From Isurus oxyrinchus (taxonomy: Eukaryota): a DNA stretch of 64,000 nucleotides. Shown piece after piece: positions 22,406 to 35,657 of the stretch. The notes under the pieces were generated by a model. It was not told where the DNA came from. It ran no database searches and was given only the letters and a program-made list of their open reading frames with translations. Location of the stretch: assembly GCA_026770705.1 (NCBI GenBank), contig JANJGN010000056.1:1364001-1428000 (forward strand), read 5' to 3'. Numbering within the stretch: position 1 is the stretch's first letter; every line of letters begins with the position of its first letter. Position numbers and translations under genes: made by a program.

Positions 22406-25316
22406 AAAGCAGTCACAACGATTTGGCAATGTGTATTTATTTCGAGATGCATGCCCTGAATTGAGGGTTAATAAGCTCATAAAGGTTTCGGTAAACTAAA
22501 TTAAACATGAAATAACAGCAGTTAGGATTAAAAGCAAATGCATAGGTTTACAAATTAACACAATAATAAATCCTAAAACGCCTAATTAATTTGGCTTCCA
22601 TTTACACCCTCGTTAAGGCAACAGTAAAACAAGAAACACATCACGGCTAGTCACACATCACCCTGGACAGAATAATTCAAAGTGGCGTTTTTCACAGCTT
22701 GGATTTCTGTAGACAGCAGCCTTATGCTCAAACGATGGGGGCTTTTCCCAATTATGTTAGATTTTTCATTGCCTCCTCTAACTGCAAAGTTCCACATCCT
22801 TGTTATGTGTTTCTCCCTTTAACTGAAAATTTCATTTTCCCCAAATATCTGTTGGACATTACTTTTTTCCGTACAGAAACTCATTACATTGTGCTAATGT
22901 TATTGTTAACCTTTTTGAAAACAAAATAAATGCACCGCTTTGCTAGGTGTTACATCCTCTATGAAATTCAAACTACCCAGATTTAACTAAGATGCAGACT
23001 CTACACATCTGACATTCCAAATGTTCAGCCACGTTTACATATTTTGCATTTCAAAAACTTCCTAATTTTGTTGACTCAAGGCCTCCAGACTTAGTAATTT
23101 AATTGCTGTCTGCAAGTAAATTAAATCTCACAAACACACTGAAACTATCTAAAACCCAGTATTAACCTACCTATAAAATAATATCACGAGAAATATTAGA
23201 TATTCGGTAAAATATGGTTTAAATGGATTTCTAAAATACATAACATCAAGCCCTCAAGGAGATTATTGTTTTCATTACTGGACACAACAATTTTGCAATA
23301 ATTTCAAAGCATTTGGACGGTTGCAGAATAATTTCACCACTATCGCTCTAAGGAAGATAATTATAAATTACTTTGCAAGATCGTAGCATTTGAAGAGGGA
23401 AAGTTTAAATATGGCTCGCTAGGGAGAGAGTTAATTAATTTCATGGAGGTTTGAGTTTATTGCAAACAGGGCCGAGTGAACTGGTTTGTAAATGCTCAAA
23501 AGGAATAGACGGGATTGTAGGCCAGGGGCCGCTGACGGTTCAATAGTCCTTGGGGAATGAGATGGTAATTGACCTGTAATTTGAGTTGAGGGAGGAGTTC
23601 CATAGAACACATGCACAGGAGGTGTTGGTAAATGAGTCTCTAAACACACCCAGGCGATCAGAATCTGTTAATAAGCCCTTGAGGGTGCAGGGCTTATTAA
23701 TCCTAGGCGCCAATGGTTGAGGGGGGGGGGGGTGTGGGTGGGGCGGTGGAGGGGTCTGTGTGGAGGGGGGTGGTGGGTGGTGGATGGTATGGTTTTGGGT
23801 AGCGGGTGGTGGTGGTAAATGAAACTAAGGACCAGGGGGTGGATTATTAAATCCCGGGAAGAGGGAACAGGAGTGTGCAGACCCAGATGAAACGCGTAGT
23901 GAATACTGCTTAAGAAAGAAAGCAAGAAATGAAAAAGCAAAAAAGCAAGAAAGAAGAAAGGAAAGAAAGAAAGACAGAAAGAAAGAAAGAAATAAAGAAG
24001 AGCAGCAACTTAATTTACCCATTGGGCCAGTCCCTTGTTTCAAACTCAGGAAGAAAATATGGATCAATATATTCAGTTTATGGGAGCATTAACTTAACTG
24101 CGCTGGGTTCAAGCGGGTTACAAAGAACACCAGGTAACGGTCGCTGATTTAGGAATGCTGGTTAGGGGCCCATATTAGTTTTCCACGATGGGATTGTTCT
24201 CATGAATAAAAACTGAGAGAGAGGGGGCAATGTTGTGAACCTTGATAGAGAGGAAACTATTTGAAAGCTCTGGAAATTGGGGGCTGGATCTTTAATCTCA
24301 AGTGAGGGGCTGATAAGTAACAGCGTTGCCTGGGGCTACGGAAAATGGTGATTTATATCAGTGAGTGGGCGTTCGCTAATATAGCCTGGTGGTAGGCTGG
24401 CGGTAAAAATGGTAACAATAATGGTGACAAACGGGGCGGGGGGGGCGAGGTGGTGGGTGGGGGTAATAACGTCGGGGAGATGTCGCAAGTTATTTAACCC
24501 CTGGGCAAGCGTGTGTTTTTATAAATGCATGAAGGAGACTTAGATTAGGAAACCCTGGGCAGAGACAGAATCTTAAAAGCCAGCGGCCTGGAAAACAGTT
24601 TAATACTCTAAGTGGCGAGGGAATGGTTTATTAAAAAGTGGGAGGAAAGTGAGGATGGGGGAGTTAATTCATCCTCCGGGAATGGTCTCAGATGTGATTG
24701 AGGGAGTTTTGATCATTGTTTTCAAGAGGCAATTGGTCTTGAGCTTGAAAGGGGAATATTTACCAGGCTACAGGGGAAGGGCGGAGGACTGGGACTAGAT
24801 GTATAACATTTGCAGGCAGCCAATACAGATGTGAAGAGCTGAATGGCCTTCCTTTCTCCTGTAAACATTCAATGATTTACAGATTAAATTTGCAGTCACA
24901 AAATGTTTTACTCGTTCTGCCATTGACAGTAACTGCATTTCTACTTCGTAACCGAGTTATGTTTCTGTAAAGGTGAGAGTGTCTCTCGCTCTAGTCCCTT
25001 TTCAGAAAATGCATTCCAAACTGCAACCAGACATTGCATGAAAAAAAGGATTACATTTCAGTGTAACTTTTCCAACAGTTTCATTGAATCTATTTAACCT
25101 GGAGATTGGCCTCTGTGCACATGGGAAGATTTTCATACCATCCACTGCCTCTAGGTCCCTCATAATACTTTAACGCTGAATTATTGGTGGGAGGGTTTTG
25201 ATGGAGTGTATAATGCAGTGCAGACAGAAATCTGAGCTGTCCATTATTTTTGATTAAATCAGAAAACCATCAACGTATTGGCACCAATTTCCTGAAGGGG
25301 AGTCTTGAAAAGTTAG

Positions 25317-25808
25317 TCAGTGGATATCGGATTCATCTACAACTATACAACATCGTATGAGCTGCAGACTAAAGATCTGGATCAGTGGGTACATGATTCA
25401 GATTCACCTCAGCAACATGCCAATGACTGCGGACTGGAGATCTGGACCAATGCATACAGGATACAAAACCGTCTGCGCAACAAACCATGTACTACTGACT
25501 GCATACCTGGACCGATGGAAAGAGGATTGAAGTCCATCTCCAACCTTGGCTGCTGACTCCAGACTGAAAATCTGGATCAGTGGCTACAGTATTCACGTTC
25601 AACCCCACAACATCCCAGGCTACCCCAGGATGGAGATCTGGATAAGTAGAGACAAGATTCATATCCCCGTCCAACACATCGCTGCTCATGCAAACTGGAG
25701 ATCTGTATCAGTGTATACAGGGTTTAAATTCATCTCCAAAATATAATTGTTACTGTAGGCTGGAGATCTGGATCAGGGGATACAGAATTTAAATTCACCT
25801 CCAAAATT
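25317..25808. repeat. Degenerate minisatellite, ~63-66-bp unit with core gactggagatctggatcagtgg, ~8 copies
   Basis: gatctgg cores at ~25376, 25439, 25570, 25636, 25700 and 25765. Confidence 0.8.
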
Positions 25809-25811
25809 TTT

Positions 25812-26495
25812 AGAGATAGAAACAAAAAAAACTGTGGAAGGTGAAAATCCAAAAAGAAGACAGAAATACCTGGAAAAACTCAGCAGGTCTGGCAGCATTG
25901 GTGGAGAAGAACAAATTTGACGTTTCGAGTCGTCATGACCCTTCAACAGTACTGAGTAAAATTAGGAGAGGGGTGAAATATAAGCTGGTTTAATGTTGGG
26001 GCGTGGGCACGGTACTGGGTGGGGGTGGGGGAGAGATGTGCGTGCAGGGTGTGGCTGTAGAGACAAGCAAGCAGTAATAGATGCTGATAATCAAAAGCTG
26101 TCCCAGTCAAAAGAACAAAGAGGTGTTGAAGGTGGTGACATTACCTAAAATAATGTGCTAAGTAAGAATGGATGGCAGGATGCACAAGTTGCAGATCTAG
26201 TGGGGGTGGGATGAAATAAGACTAACAGGGCGTAAAAGGTATAGAATTACAAATAATGGAAATAGGTAGGAAAAGAAAAATCTATATAAATTATTGGAAA
26301 AAATGGATGGCGCAGAAACAGAACGGGGGTGGGGATGGAGGAGGGAGTTCAAGATCTAAAGTTGTTGAATTCAGTATTCAGTCTGAAAGGCTGTAAAGTG
26401 TCTTATCGGAAGATGAGGTGCTGTTCCTGCAGTTTGCGTTGAGCTTCACTGGAACAATGCAGAAGGCCAAGGACAGACATGTGGGCAAGAGAGCA
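25812..26495 (-). mobile_element. Older 3' fragment of the Penelope-like family (end of GIY-YIG, 3' UTR and hammerhead-like motif)
   Basis: Reverse complement of ~29550-30235 with many substitutions; the motif ctgttgaagggtcatgacgactcgaaacgtc lies at 25919-25949. Confidence 0.9.
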
Positions 26496-27119
26496 CGCAG
26501 CATCGTAATTATTCCAGAAATACAATCTTTGATGCCCTGCTTTTCAAGCTGCCACCTTGCTCCCTGAAGTCTTGTTGCAGGTCCCCATCACTGTTGGTAC
26601 TTAGAACGCATATGAACCAGTACATTTGGCTGCTCGCCCTCCCCATTCAGAATTCCTTGGAGCAGTAAAATGACAGTCTTGACCCTGGTTCCAGGGAAGT
26701 AACGCACCATCCTAGAGTCACGGCTGTGGCCGCTGAGACGCCTGCCTCTGACCTAAACTACTGTTGTTCCTCGCTTTCATCACCCACCAGACTTTGCAGG
26801 AATAAACCCTTTCACCATTTTCCAACACAAAGTAACAATCTATTCTTAAAAGAGACAGAATCTGTGCCTTTCCTGACTATTTGCTTGCTTCCCTTCTTCT
26901 GACTTTGGTCACCCATTCCTTGTCTGATGCACGATCTTAAACTGTGCGGTGACTGCATGTAAATAAAAAACACATGCTATCCATATAAGTCTCGGGCACC
27001 GGAGTGCACAACTGTGCATCCAGCTGATTGTTGAGCTCCAAAACCCGGTTCTCAAGCGCGTTGAAATGGTGCCACATTCTACAGATATGATCATCCATGC
27101 AGCCAAGTGTGCTTTATCT

Positions 27120-29691
27120 GTCTCCGTCTCCGACTTACCCCACGTGGATTTCAACTGAAATTCCACCTCTCACCTTTCGAACCCACCCAGGATTACCGGT
27201 ATCTCCGGGACATAAAACGTTTCTCAGACTGCTGTTCCCGTCACATTCTGAAATCCACACTCAGTGCCATGCGCCGCCATATGAACACACTCGACCTCTC
27301 CCTCCATCAGCACCGCCGTGCCCTTTTTCAAAGCTGCGCGTGCCCCCAGTTTCATTTTATCCTTCGGCTCATCCGACGCCTCAACAAGAAACTTTTTCTC
27401 TTTCTCTCAACTGCTAAGGAACGCAAGCTCCAACAACTCATCGACACCAACACCCATCTAGGACCCTCCACCCCAGCCTGTCCCTCTTTCCCCACTCCAT
27501 CTTCCAATCCCAGCCCCAGCCGTGTATTCACTATACCCCCTGACCTTCCCCTCTCCGATGCTGAACGTTCAGTGCTCAGCAAAGGACTTAGTTTCATACC
27601 CTTACGCCCTCACCTCAATGAATTTCGGGCTCGGCATGAAACTGAACTCTTCTTTCGCCGTCTTCGTCTTCGGGCTCACTTCTTTGGGCAGGAGTCCTCT
27701 CCCAGTTCAACGGATCCTTTTACCCATCTTCAGTATTGTCCCTCCACCTGGACCCCTCCCTTGGATTCTTACCTTCTCTTGATCTTTTCATTGAGAACTG
27801 TCGGCGCGACATTAGTCATCTCAATTTCTCTGCTCCTCTCACCCATTCTAACCTGTCTCTCTCTGAACTTACTGCACTCCATTCTCTCAGGTCCAACCCT
27901 GACATTGTCATCAAACCCGCTGACAAGGGTGGTGCTGACCTCTACCTCGCGGAGGCTGAGCGTCAACTCGCAGACACTTCCTCCTACCTCTCCCTGGACC
28001 ATGACCCCACCACTGAACATCAAGCCATTGTTTCCACGACTGTCACTGACCTCATCTCCTCTGGGGATCTCCCTCCCACAGCTTCCAACCTGATAGTCAC
28101 CCAACCTCGGACAGCCCGCTTCTATCTCCTACCCAAAATCCACAAACAGAACTGCCCCGGTAGACCGATCATCTCAGCTTGCTCCTGCCCCACAGAACTC
28201 ATTTCTCGTTATCTTGACTCCCTTCTCTCTCCCCTTGTCCAGTCCCTTCCCACCTACATCCGTGATTCCTCTGACACCTTACGTCACATCAACAATTTCC
28301 AGTTCCCTGGCTCCAACCGCTTCCTCTTCGCCATGGACGTCCAATCCCTCTACACCTCCATCCCCCACCAGGATGGTCTGAGGGCCCTTAGCTTATTCCT
28401 CGAACAGAGGCCCGAACAATCCCCATCCACCACTACTCTCCTCTGTCTGGCTGAACTTGTTCTCACGTTGAACAATTTCTCCTTCAACTCCTCTCACTTT
28501 CTCCAAATAAAAGGTGTGGCTATGGGTATCCGCATGGGCCCCAGCTATGCCTGTCTCTTTATGGGGTATGTGGAACATTCCTTTTTGCAGTCCTACTCCG
28601 GCCCCCTTCCACAACTTTTTCTCCGGTACATCGATGATTACTTCGGTGCCGCTTCATGCTCTCGTCGGGACTTGGAAAAAATTATTAATTTTGCTTCCAA
28701 TCTCCACCTCTCCATCATTTTCACGTGCTCCATCTCTGACACTTCCCTTCCCTTCCTTGATCTCTCTGTCTCAATCTCTGGACTGTCCACCAATTTCCAT
28801 TACAAACCCACCGACTCCCACAGCTACCTCGACTACAGCTCCTCACACCCCGCTTCCTGTAAGGACTCCATCCCATTCTCCCAGTTCCTTCGCCTTCGTC
28901 GCATCTGTTGCGATGATGCTACCTTCAAAAACGGTTCCTCTGACATGTCCTCCTTCTTCCTTAACCGAGGTTTTCCACCGACGGTCGTTGACAGGGCCCT
29001 CAACCGTGTCCGGCCCATCTCCCGCGCATCCACCCTCATGCCTTCTCCTCCCTCCCAGAAACATGATAGGGTCCCCCTTGTCCTCACTTATCACCCCACC
29101 AGCCTCTGCATTCAAAGGATCATCCTCCGCCATTTCCGCCAACTCCAGCATGATGCCACCACCAAACACATCTTCCCTTCACCCCCCTTATCGGCATTCC
29201 GTAGGGATCGCTCCCTCCTGGACACCCTGGTCCACTTCTCCATCACCCCCTACTCCTCAACCCCCTCCTATGGCACCACCCCATGCCCACCCAAAAGATG
29301 TAACACCTGCCCCTTCACTTCCTCTCTCCTCACCGTCCAAGGGCCCAAACACTCCTTTCAAGTGAAGCAGCATTTCACTTGCATTTCCCCCAACTTAGTC
29401 TACTGCATTCGTTGCTCCCAATGTGGTCTCCTCTACATTGGAGAGACCAAACGTAAACTGGGCGACCGCTTTGCAGAACACCTGCAGTCTGTCCGCAAGA
29501 ATGACCCAAACCTCCCTGTCGCTTGCCATTTTAACACTCCACCCTGGTCTCTTGCCCACATGTCTGTCCTTGGCTTACTGCATTGTTCCAGTGAAGCCCA
29601 ACGCAAACTGGAGGAACAACACCTCATCTTCCGACTAGGCACCTTACAGCCTTCCGGTCTGAATATTGAATTCAACAACTTTAGGTCGTGA
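27120..29691 (+). pseudogene. PLE polyprotein: N-terminal domain, RT and GIY-YIG endonuclease, with one frameshift near 27761
   Basis: LSKGLSFIP in frame 1. Then IKPADKGG, LPKIHK, PGRPIIS, DVQSLYTSIP, GVAMG, LRYIDD, a Cys linker CPPKRCNTC and NLVYCIRCSQCGLLYIGET in ORF 27736-29691. Confidence 0.92.
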
Positions 29692-30104
29692 ACTCCCTCC
29701 CCCATCACCACCCCCTTTCTGTTTCCCCCTTTTTCCTTTTTTTTCCCTATAAATTTTATAGATTTTTCTTTTCCCACCTATTTCCATTATTTTTAAATAT
29801 TTTAAAATCTTTTATGCTCCCCCACCCCCACTAGAGCTGTACCTTGAGTGCCCTACCATCCATTCTTAATTAGCACATTCGTTTAGATAATATCACCAAC
29901 TTTAACTTTAACACCTATGTGTTCTTTTGTACCATTGTCGCTGACATCTTTTGATGATCTGCTTCTATCACTGCTTGTTTGTCTACACAACCAGCTCTCT
30001 CTCTCTCTATCTCTCCGCACCACCCCCCCCCCCCCCCCCCCCACCCCCACACACACACACCTTAAACCAGCTTATATTTCAACTCTTTCTTGGACTCGAA
30101 ATCA

Positions 30105-30143
30105 AGTTCTGTTGAAGGGTCATGAGGACTCGAAACGTCAACT
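30105..30143 (+). ncRNA. Minimal type I hammerhead-like ribozyme motif: aguu-CUGUUGA-a-ggguc(augag)gacuc-GAAAC-GUC-aacu
   Basis: Stem I aguu/aacu, stem II ggguc/gacuc, palindromic ACGU stem III and a GUC cleavage triplet, at the usual PLE terminal location; the core has U at position 6. Confidence 0.65.
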
Positions 30144-30290
30144 CTTTTCTTCTCCGCCGATGCTGCCAGACCAGCTGAGTTTTTCCAGGTAATTCTGTTT
30201 TTGTTTTGGATTTCCAGCATCCGCAGTTTTCTTTGTTGTTATCTCTGTGCTTTATCTATGTCAGCCTCTATCTCAGACTTGCTGATCAGC

Positions 30291-30793
30291 TGTAGCGACC
30301 AGGAAGCACCGAAAACAGCTTCCTGATTGGGGAAGAAGGCCCCGAGTTACCAAATGAAGTCCCAGATTGGCTGTTACGTCCTTTAGCCATCAAATGTTGC
30401 TCCCTGATTGGCTGAGGTAGGTGTTGATCACCGGGTGGATTTCTCTGATTTTGTCAGGCGAATGTCAACGAAATACCAAATAGACTGAATGAATCGTGGT
30501 TCACCTGGTCAAGCATTCCGATTGGATGAGGTGGCTTTCAACAATGGGGTGAGTGAATTAATAGATTGGTTTTTGGTAATGTTTGTGAGTCCCTGGGTGA
30601 AGCTCCGGCCTGACTGTGCTACCTGTCAGACAGCGGGCGGAGCTCCCGGATTGGCTGAGTCTCTGAATAATATGTAGATCCGATACTTTACGACAGTCTT
30701 TAACTGCTGTCTGATCATGCACTGACTCACCCCATAAATTAACATCTTTGTGGAGTAACTTTAATTCATCAGCATAAATTTGGCACGTTAACA
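30291..30793 (+). mobile_element. Possible solo LTR rich in inverted CCAAT boxes
   Basis: Starts tgtagcgac, ends gttaaca and contains six gattgg motifs; no TSD is visible. The 3' half is duplicated at 1-231. Confidence 0.35.
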
Positions 30794-33700
30794 TATATAG
30801 TCAGGATAACTATAGTAAAATAATTCACGAATTTTAGCATATGCGAATGTATAAGATTCCCCGACCCGGAATGTGATTTTGTGCTGGTTAGATACATTCA
30901 TACAGGGTGTTGATAATTGAGTGGATTTAGTACTGGGTAACATTTATTCAGCAGAGTGTTTGATAAGTGAATGGGTTTACTGCTGGTTAAAATCAATTGA
31001 GCAGAGTATCGATAAGTGAATGGGATTTAGAGCTGGTTAAAATACATTCAACAGAGTGTTGATAAGTGAGTAGATTTAGTGCTGGTGAAAATACAATCAG
31101 CAGATCATTGATAAGGGAATGAGATTTAGTGCTGTTTAAAATACATTCAGCAGAGTGTTTAAAGTGTGTACTGGTTAAAATACATTCAGCAGATTGGTGC
31201 TAAGTGAATGGGACTTTCACTGTTTAAAATACATTCAGCTGCCATTTCCATGTCCCCCATGCTTAATGCGCAAATCTCATCCACGATGTGACTAACATTT
31301 AGTTCCTCTTTTGTTTCATGTGTGTTTGAAGGCACTTTTAATGTATGTTGCCACATTTCTTGCCAGGCATGTGCTAATGTCTCCAACTGAATTTTCTTTG
31401 GAAACTGTTTTGCATGTGCCGACATTTTCTCAGCCTTCTGGCCTAATGCTAATCTTGGCTTAATTGTGCACCGTTCCTTTCCAGCTATAAAACGCGTGCC
31501 TTTCTGAGTTAGCCACGGGGACATCACCCTTAATTTAGTTGATGACCATTCCTAGAATAAACTACTTTTTAATTATGGCGTGTGTAAATGGCCCCCACTC
31601 TCTCAGACTTTGCCTATACTCTCAAAGATTTGCAAACTGTTTAATCCTTAAAACCAACTTACTAATTTTCCACACACATCTCAATAATTTAGTCACCATC
31701 TCACTGAGCGTCATCAACAATCTTTGATATAAAGGTCCATGTTGCTGCATCAGGATTTTATGTGCATTTTAGTGACCTGGCAGCTGAGGCTGCAGAACAG
31801 ATCCTGGGTTGACACTATCACTAATGTTTGTTGGATTGGAGGACACCACCTTTTTCTGAAAGTCTGCCTCCCACATTTTAATTTCTTTCATATCCTGGCC
31901 ATTAGGGCGCTCCCAATTCCATTCAACCCTAACATGTACCTCCTTTATCAGGGAAGAATCGATATGAATTAGCAGCCGATCACGGCACAAGAATACATAA
32001 AGGTCCATTTATTTTTAATGCTTGAAATGATTTAAAGAAAAGGACGGCTACCACCCTCGGATATTCCTCATCGGGAAACTAGAGTCGATTTGAAAGGACA
32101 GACAGTCACCATTCCCTGCATCATGACAGAGAAAACCGTTCAAATCTGATTTTACAGGGATAATCCACGGCTGCCCTCTCCAGAAATCCTCACAAAAGTC
32201 ACCACTGGGACATTAAGGATGACCAGAAAGCGGCACAGAGGACGGCAGCAGCGCGAAAATAAAGCGCCCCCTCCCCTCCCCGGTCAGTAAAAGCTGGTTA
32301 GACTGTGATGGTCATTATCGAAGGCCAGTGAAACGCTACCAGGAGACATCATATACGGGATTAGCTCACTTGATGTTCAAATGGGGGCAGACAGTATTTG
32401 AATGTAACAGTGATAAATAGTCTGATTTCGTGTCGTTATTCTCAACAATGTTATTGTGAAAAAGGGTCCTAGACTGACTGAGAGCAGGGATCGAGTCCAA
32501 CCCGCCTGACAGCAAACCCTCAGCTCGAATGTTGCTTTCCAATTTTAGCAGATGGCTCTCTGATCGAGCAGAATGATATGTTCAACGTCCCAATAGCAGC
32601 ACGGGGTCACGGCTTCGTTTACCTTTCACTGCAGTGAGTCTAGTGACTCCTCCTACGGCACTTCCAGACAGGTTACCCTTCTGACATTGCATGTTTCCTG
32701 GCAGATTACCTTAACTGGGTGATGGATCTTTTGAGAGACTATTGTTATGTGGAATACTGTAACTCTATTGCATTCCAATACAGCACTGACGGATTTCTGC
32801 ACTGATGGACTGTCAGTACTGAATTGTACTGCAATATCTGTGTTTCAGTACAGAGGAGTTGCTGCACCGCCAGAGAGTCAGTACTGAGAGAGCAGGACAC
32901 CGTCAGAAGCATCAATGCTGGAGCAGAGATGAATTACAGGATGGTCGGTAAAGCTCAAGTGCTGCATTGTCGAAAGATCAGTACTGGACGTGTGCTGTAC
33001 GTTGAAGACAGGGATAGAGTGAGACAAATGCAGAGGGAGAGAGAATGAAAGACAGAGATTTTGAGAAAAAAAAACAAAAACAAAAATAGAGGTAACAGGA
33101 AGGCGAGATGAAGAGAGAGGGTGAGAGAAAGAGATGGACAGCACTGATGGAGCGCTGCACTATCGGTGGGTCAGTACGAAATCATGCTTTTCTGTCAAAT
33201 TTCAAAACCGAGGGGCTGCTGCACTCTTGTAAGGTCAGCACTGAGGGATCATTTCTGTTTATTTGTCTCTCCGTCTCTCCCTCTCTTGCTCGTCCTCTCA
33301 CCTTCCTGTTATCTCTCATTTTGTTTTTGTTTCTTTCTCAACATCTTTCTGTCTGTCTCTCACTCCTTCTTTGTCCTTCTCTCAGTCAATCCCTCTCTTA
33401 ACTCCTTTTCACGTCCTCTGCCCTGTCACTCAATGTCTCCCTCTCTCCCTCTCTTATTGTACGTCTCTCCCTTTCTCACTGTTGTTCTCTTCCAGCCTCT
33501 AGTTCTCTCTTTATCTCTTTCTCGCTCTCTGTCTTTCTGCCGCTCTCCAGCCCAGCATGTTCACCTCTCACTATGCCTCCACCTCTCTCTCTATCAGCCT
33601 TTTCCTCTCCCCCCACTCACACTCTTTCTATCTCTTTTTCAACCTCTCTTTGTCTTTCTCTGTCTGTTAAGCAACCTGCGTCTTTCTCTCCTTCTCTCTC

Positions 33701-34777
33701 GATACCAATCTGCATCTCTTTTAGGGAGATCGAGGTCCAGTTGTGTCATCTTGCCCAACACACAAACCCCAAATCCCCTGCTAGGCCCCCCCTTTCTGCA
33801 GCTGCATTGATACTCACTTCCGTTATAAACACAAGCATTCAATCGGAGCTGGCGTGCTGCCCATGTACTGATTTCCACTGATACCTCACTTTCACTTTGT
33901 TATCTTACTTGTGTTGTTGGTTAGCCTAAGTCTACGCTGTGACCACATCTCCTCTGACGAGACCACACCACGTTGCACTCTGACATTCCATTTCGGCTTC
34001 CAATCACGTGTTGGAAGGAGGATTCATGTCCAATCACTGAGAAGCAGCGGACAGTTCCACCGGCAATTTTGGAAATAGGCGTCAGTGGCTTAGTTCTCTG
34101 TTCAATCAGTGCGAGAGAGAAGTATAATGGCCATGTTTCGTGGGCAATTGAAGTGTGGAAATGGCTTGAGATGTGTTTCCTGCCCTTCCCGTGTGAGGCT
34201 TGGGGTTTGCATTCATCCAATGGGATGGGAGAAGTAGGTCAGTAGTGAACATTCAGGGCCTCCCCTCGCCCCCGCACACCCCACCCTCCCACCACCATCT
34301 CCCCACCCCCGCCGCTGTAAGTAAGATAAAATGATTTAATTCTGGAAAATCATGGTTTCTTTGTTCGCAGAGTGAGAGACATTTTCCTCCATTCAAACTG
34401 AGCAATGAACTGATAAAATATTGGAAGGGCTGAGTGATTCTGTTCCTTTGATAAGGACACCTTGAACGCATAAAACTACACCATCCTACCCCCACTCCAC
34501 CGTGCCAGCTGGCAATGTTAAGTTCAAAGAGAGAATTCATGAAACTCCTAGTAATTTAATTCTTCCAGATAGTAAACCCACTTCCACCTCCCAAAAATCC
34601 CCACTCCATCTCCCAGCCACATCTGCTGAAAACGTTAAGTTAAATGTTAAAATTCAGGAAGATCGCATTGATTCTTTCTGACCAATGACAGACCCATAGC
34701 CCCTGCTGAAAATGTGAATTAATGTCCTATAAATGTCAGATATTCAGCTCTTCTAATCATTGAACTAAGTAAAGAAT

Positions 34778-35657
34778 TTAAGTGAAAGGATATTTCAACA
34801 TTTTCCACAACTGCTTCCTGAACTTAGTCTGTATCACAGCATAAATCCAAGTGTTTGTGCAGCAACTAAGGAGCTGCAGCATGAAGCCCAATTCCATAAC
34901 AAAAAAATCTAGATACAGGGAATTATAGCCTAAATCATACACCCGGATCCATATGGAAAAAAAAAACATTAGCATTCCCCATAAAATGATGAAATTGGCT
35001 GAAATATAAAAGAGTAGCATGATCGATTTCTTTCGATTCTCCACAGCTGGGTCTTTGGGGATTTGCCCACTCCTGTGAGGCCGGAGTCTCTTGCGGGTCC
35101 TGCTGGTCACTAAAATATACTCGATGGTCAAAATATTGATGAGCAGGATCAGCACAAAGGGGACACACGGTGTTAGAATCTGATGGGTGAACTCGATTGT
35201 TACCCAGACAGGATTCAACAGAACCTCTTTTGTGTAACCACAAAACGAGGGGAAGTTTACCATCCAGTACTGACCTGTAAGCAAAAAATACCAGAAAATG
35301 TTCTTTGAACAGCTCAGTGCAATGACGGTTCCCAGAATCCAGCTGCCGTTTTCTCACTGCAATATTTAGTTTTCAGCTTCGGGCAACAAATGGCCACAAA
35401 TCGATCCAAGGTAAAAGTGACAGTGAACCACACAGAACAGTCAGTGGCTGCATAAAGCAGGACGGCATGGATATTACACACTGGGATTGATCGCAGGAAA
35501 GAAAAATACTTATCAAACACAATTGGAATATGCCTCAGTATCAGGTCCAGGATAATGACCAGTAGATCAGCTACTGCCATGGCCACCAGGTAACGGGTAA
35601 CACAATTGGAGAGGCCACACCTCCGGCGCCTGAGTATCACAATCGTGACCAGGTTCA
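34778..35657 (-). pseudogene. GPR139-like GPCR copy 2, exon 2; single 1-bp deletion at ~35339 (TM4) and a +3-nt expansion in an A-run at ~34957-34966
   Basis: Copy 1 cccagaatcAcacctgcc versus copy 2 cccagaatccagctgcc; ORFs 35314-35658 and 34778-35284 carry the two halves; the acceptor is intact. Confidence 0.85.

Larger units (their letters stand above)
27120..30245 (+). mobile_element. 5'-truncated Penelope-like retroelement (Neptune-type) with a 12-bp TSD tgtgctttatct (27108-27119 and 30246-30257)
   Basis: RT + GIY-YIG ORF, pyrimidine-rich 3' UTR, hammerhead-like motif and an exact flanking direct repeat. Confidence 0.92.

Noticed and set aside
22411-23190. Possible solo LTR replacing an exon 1 next to the orphan splice donor
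   Set aside because: Composition is LTR-like, but termini and TSD could not be established.
28514-29365. 283-aa alternative-frame ORF and antisense ORFs over the PLE
   Set aside because: Shadow frames of the C-rich PLE coding sequence with no recognisable motifs.
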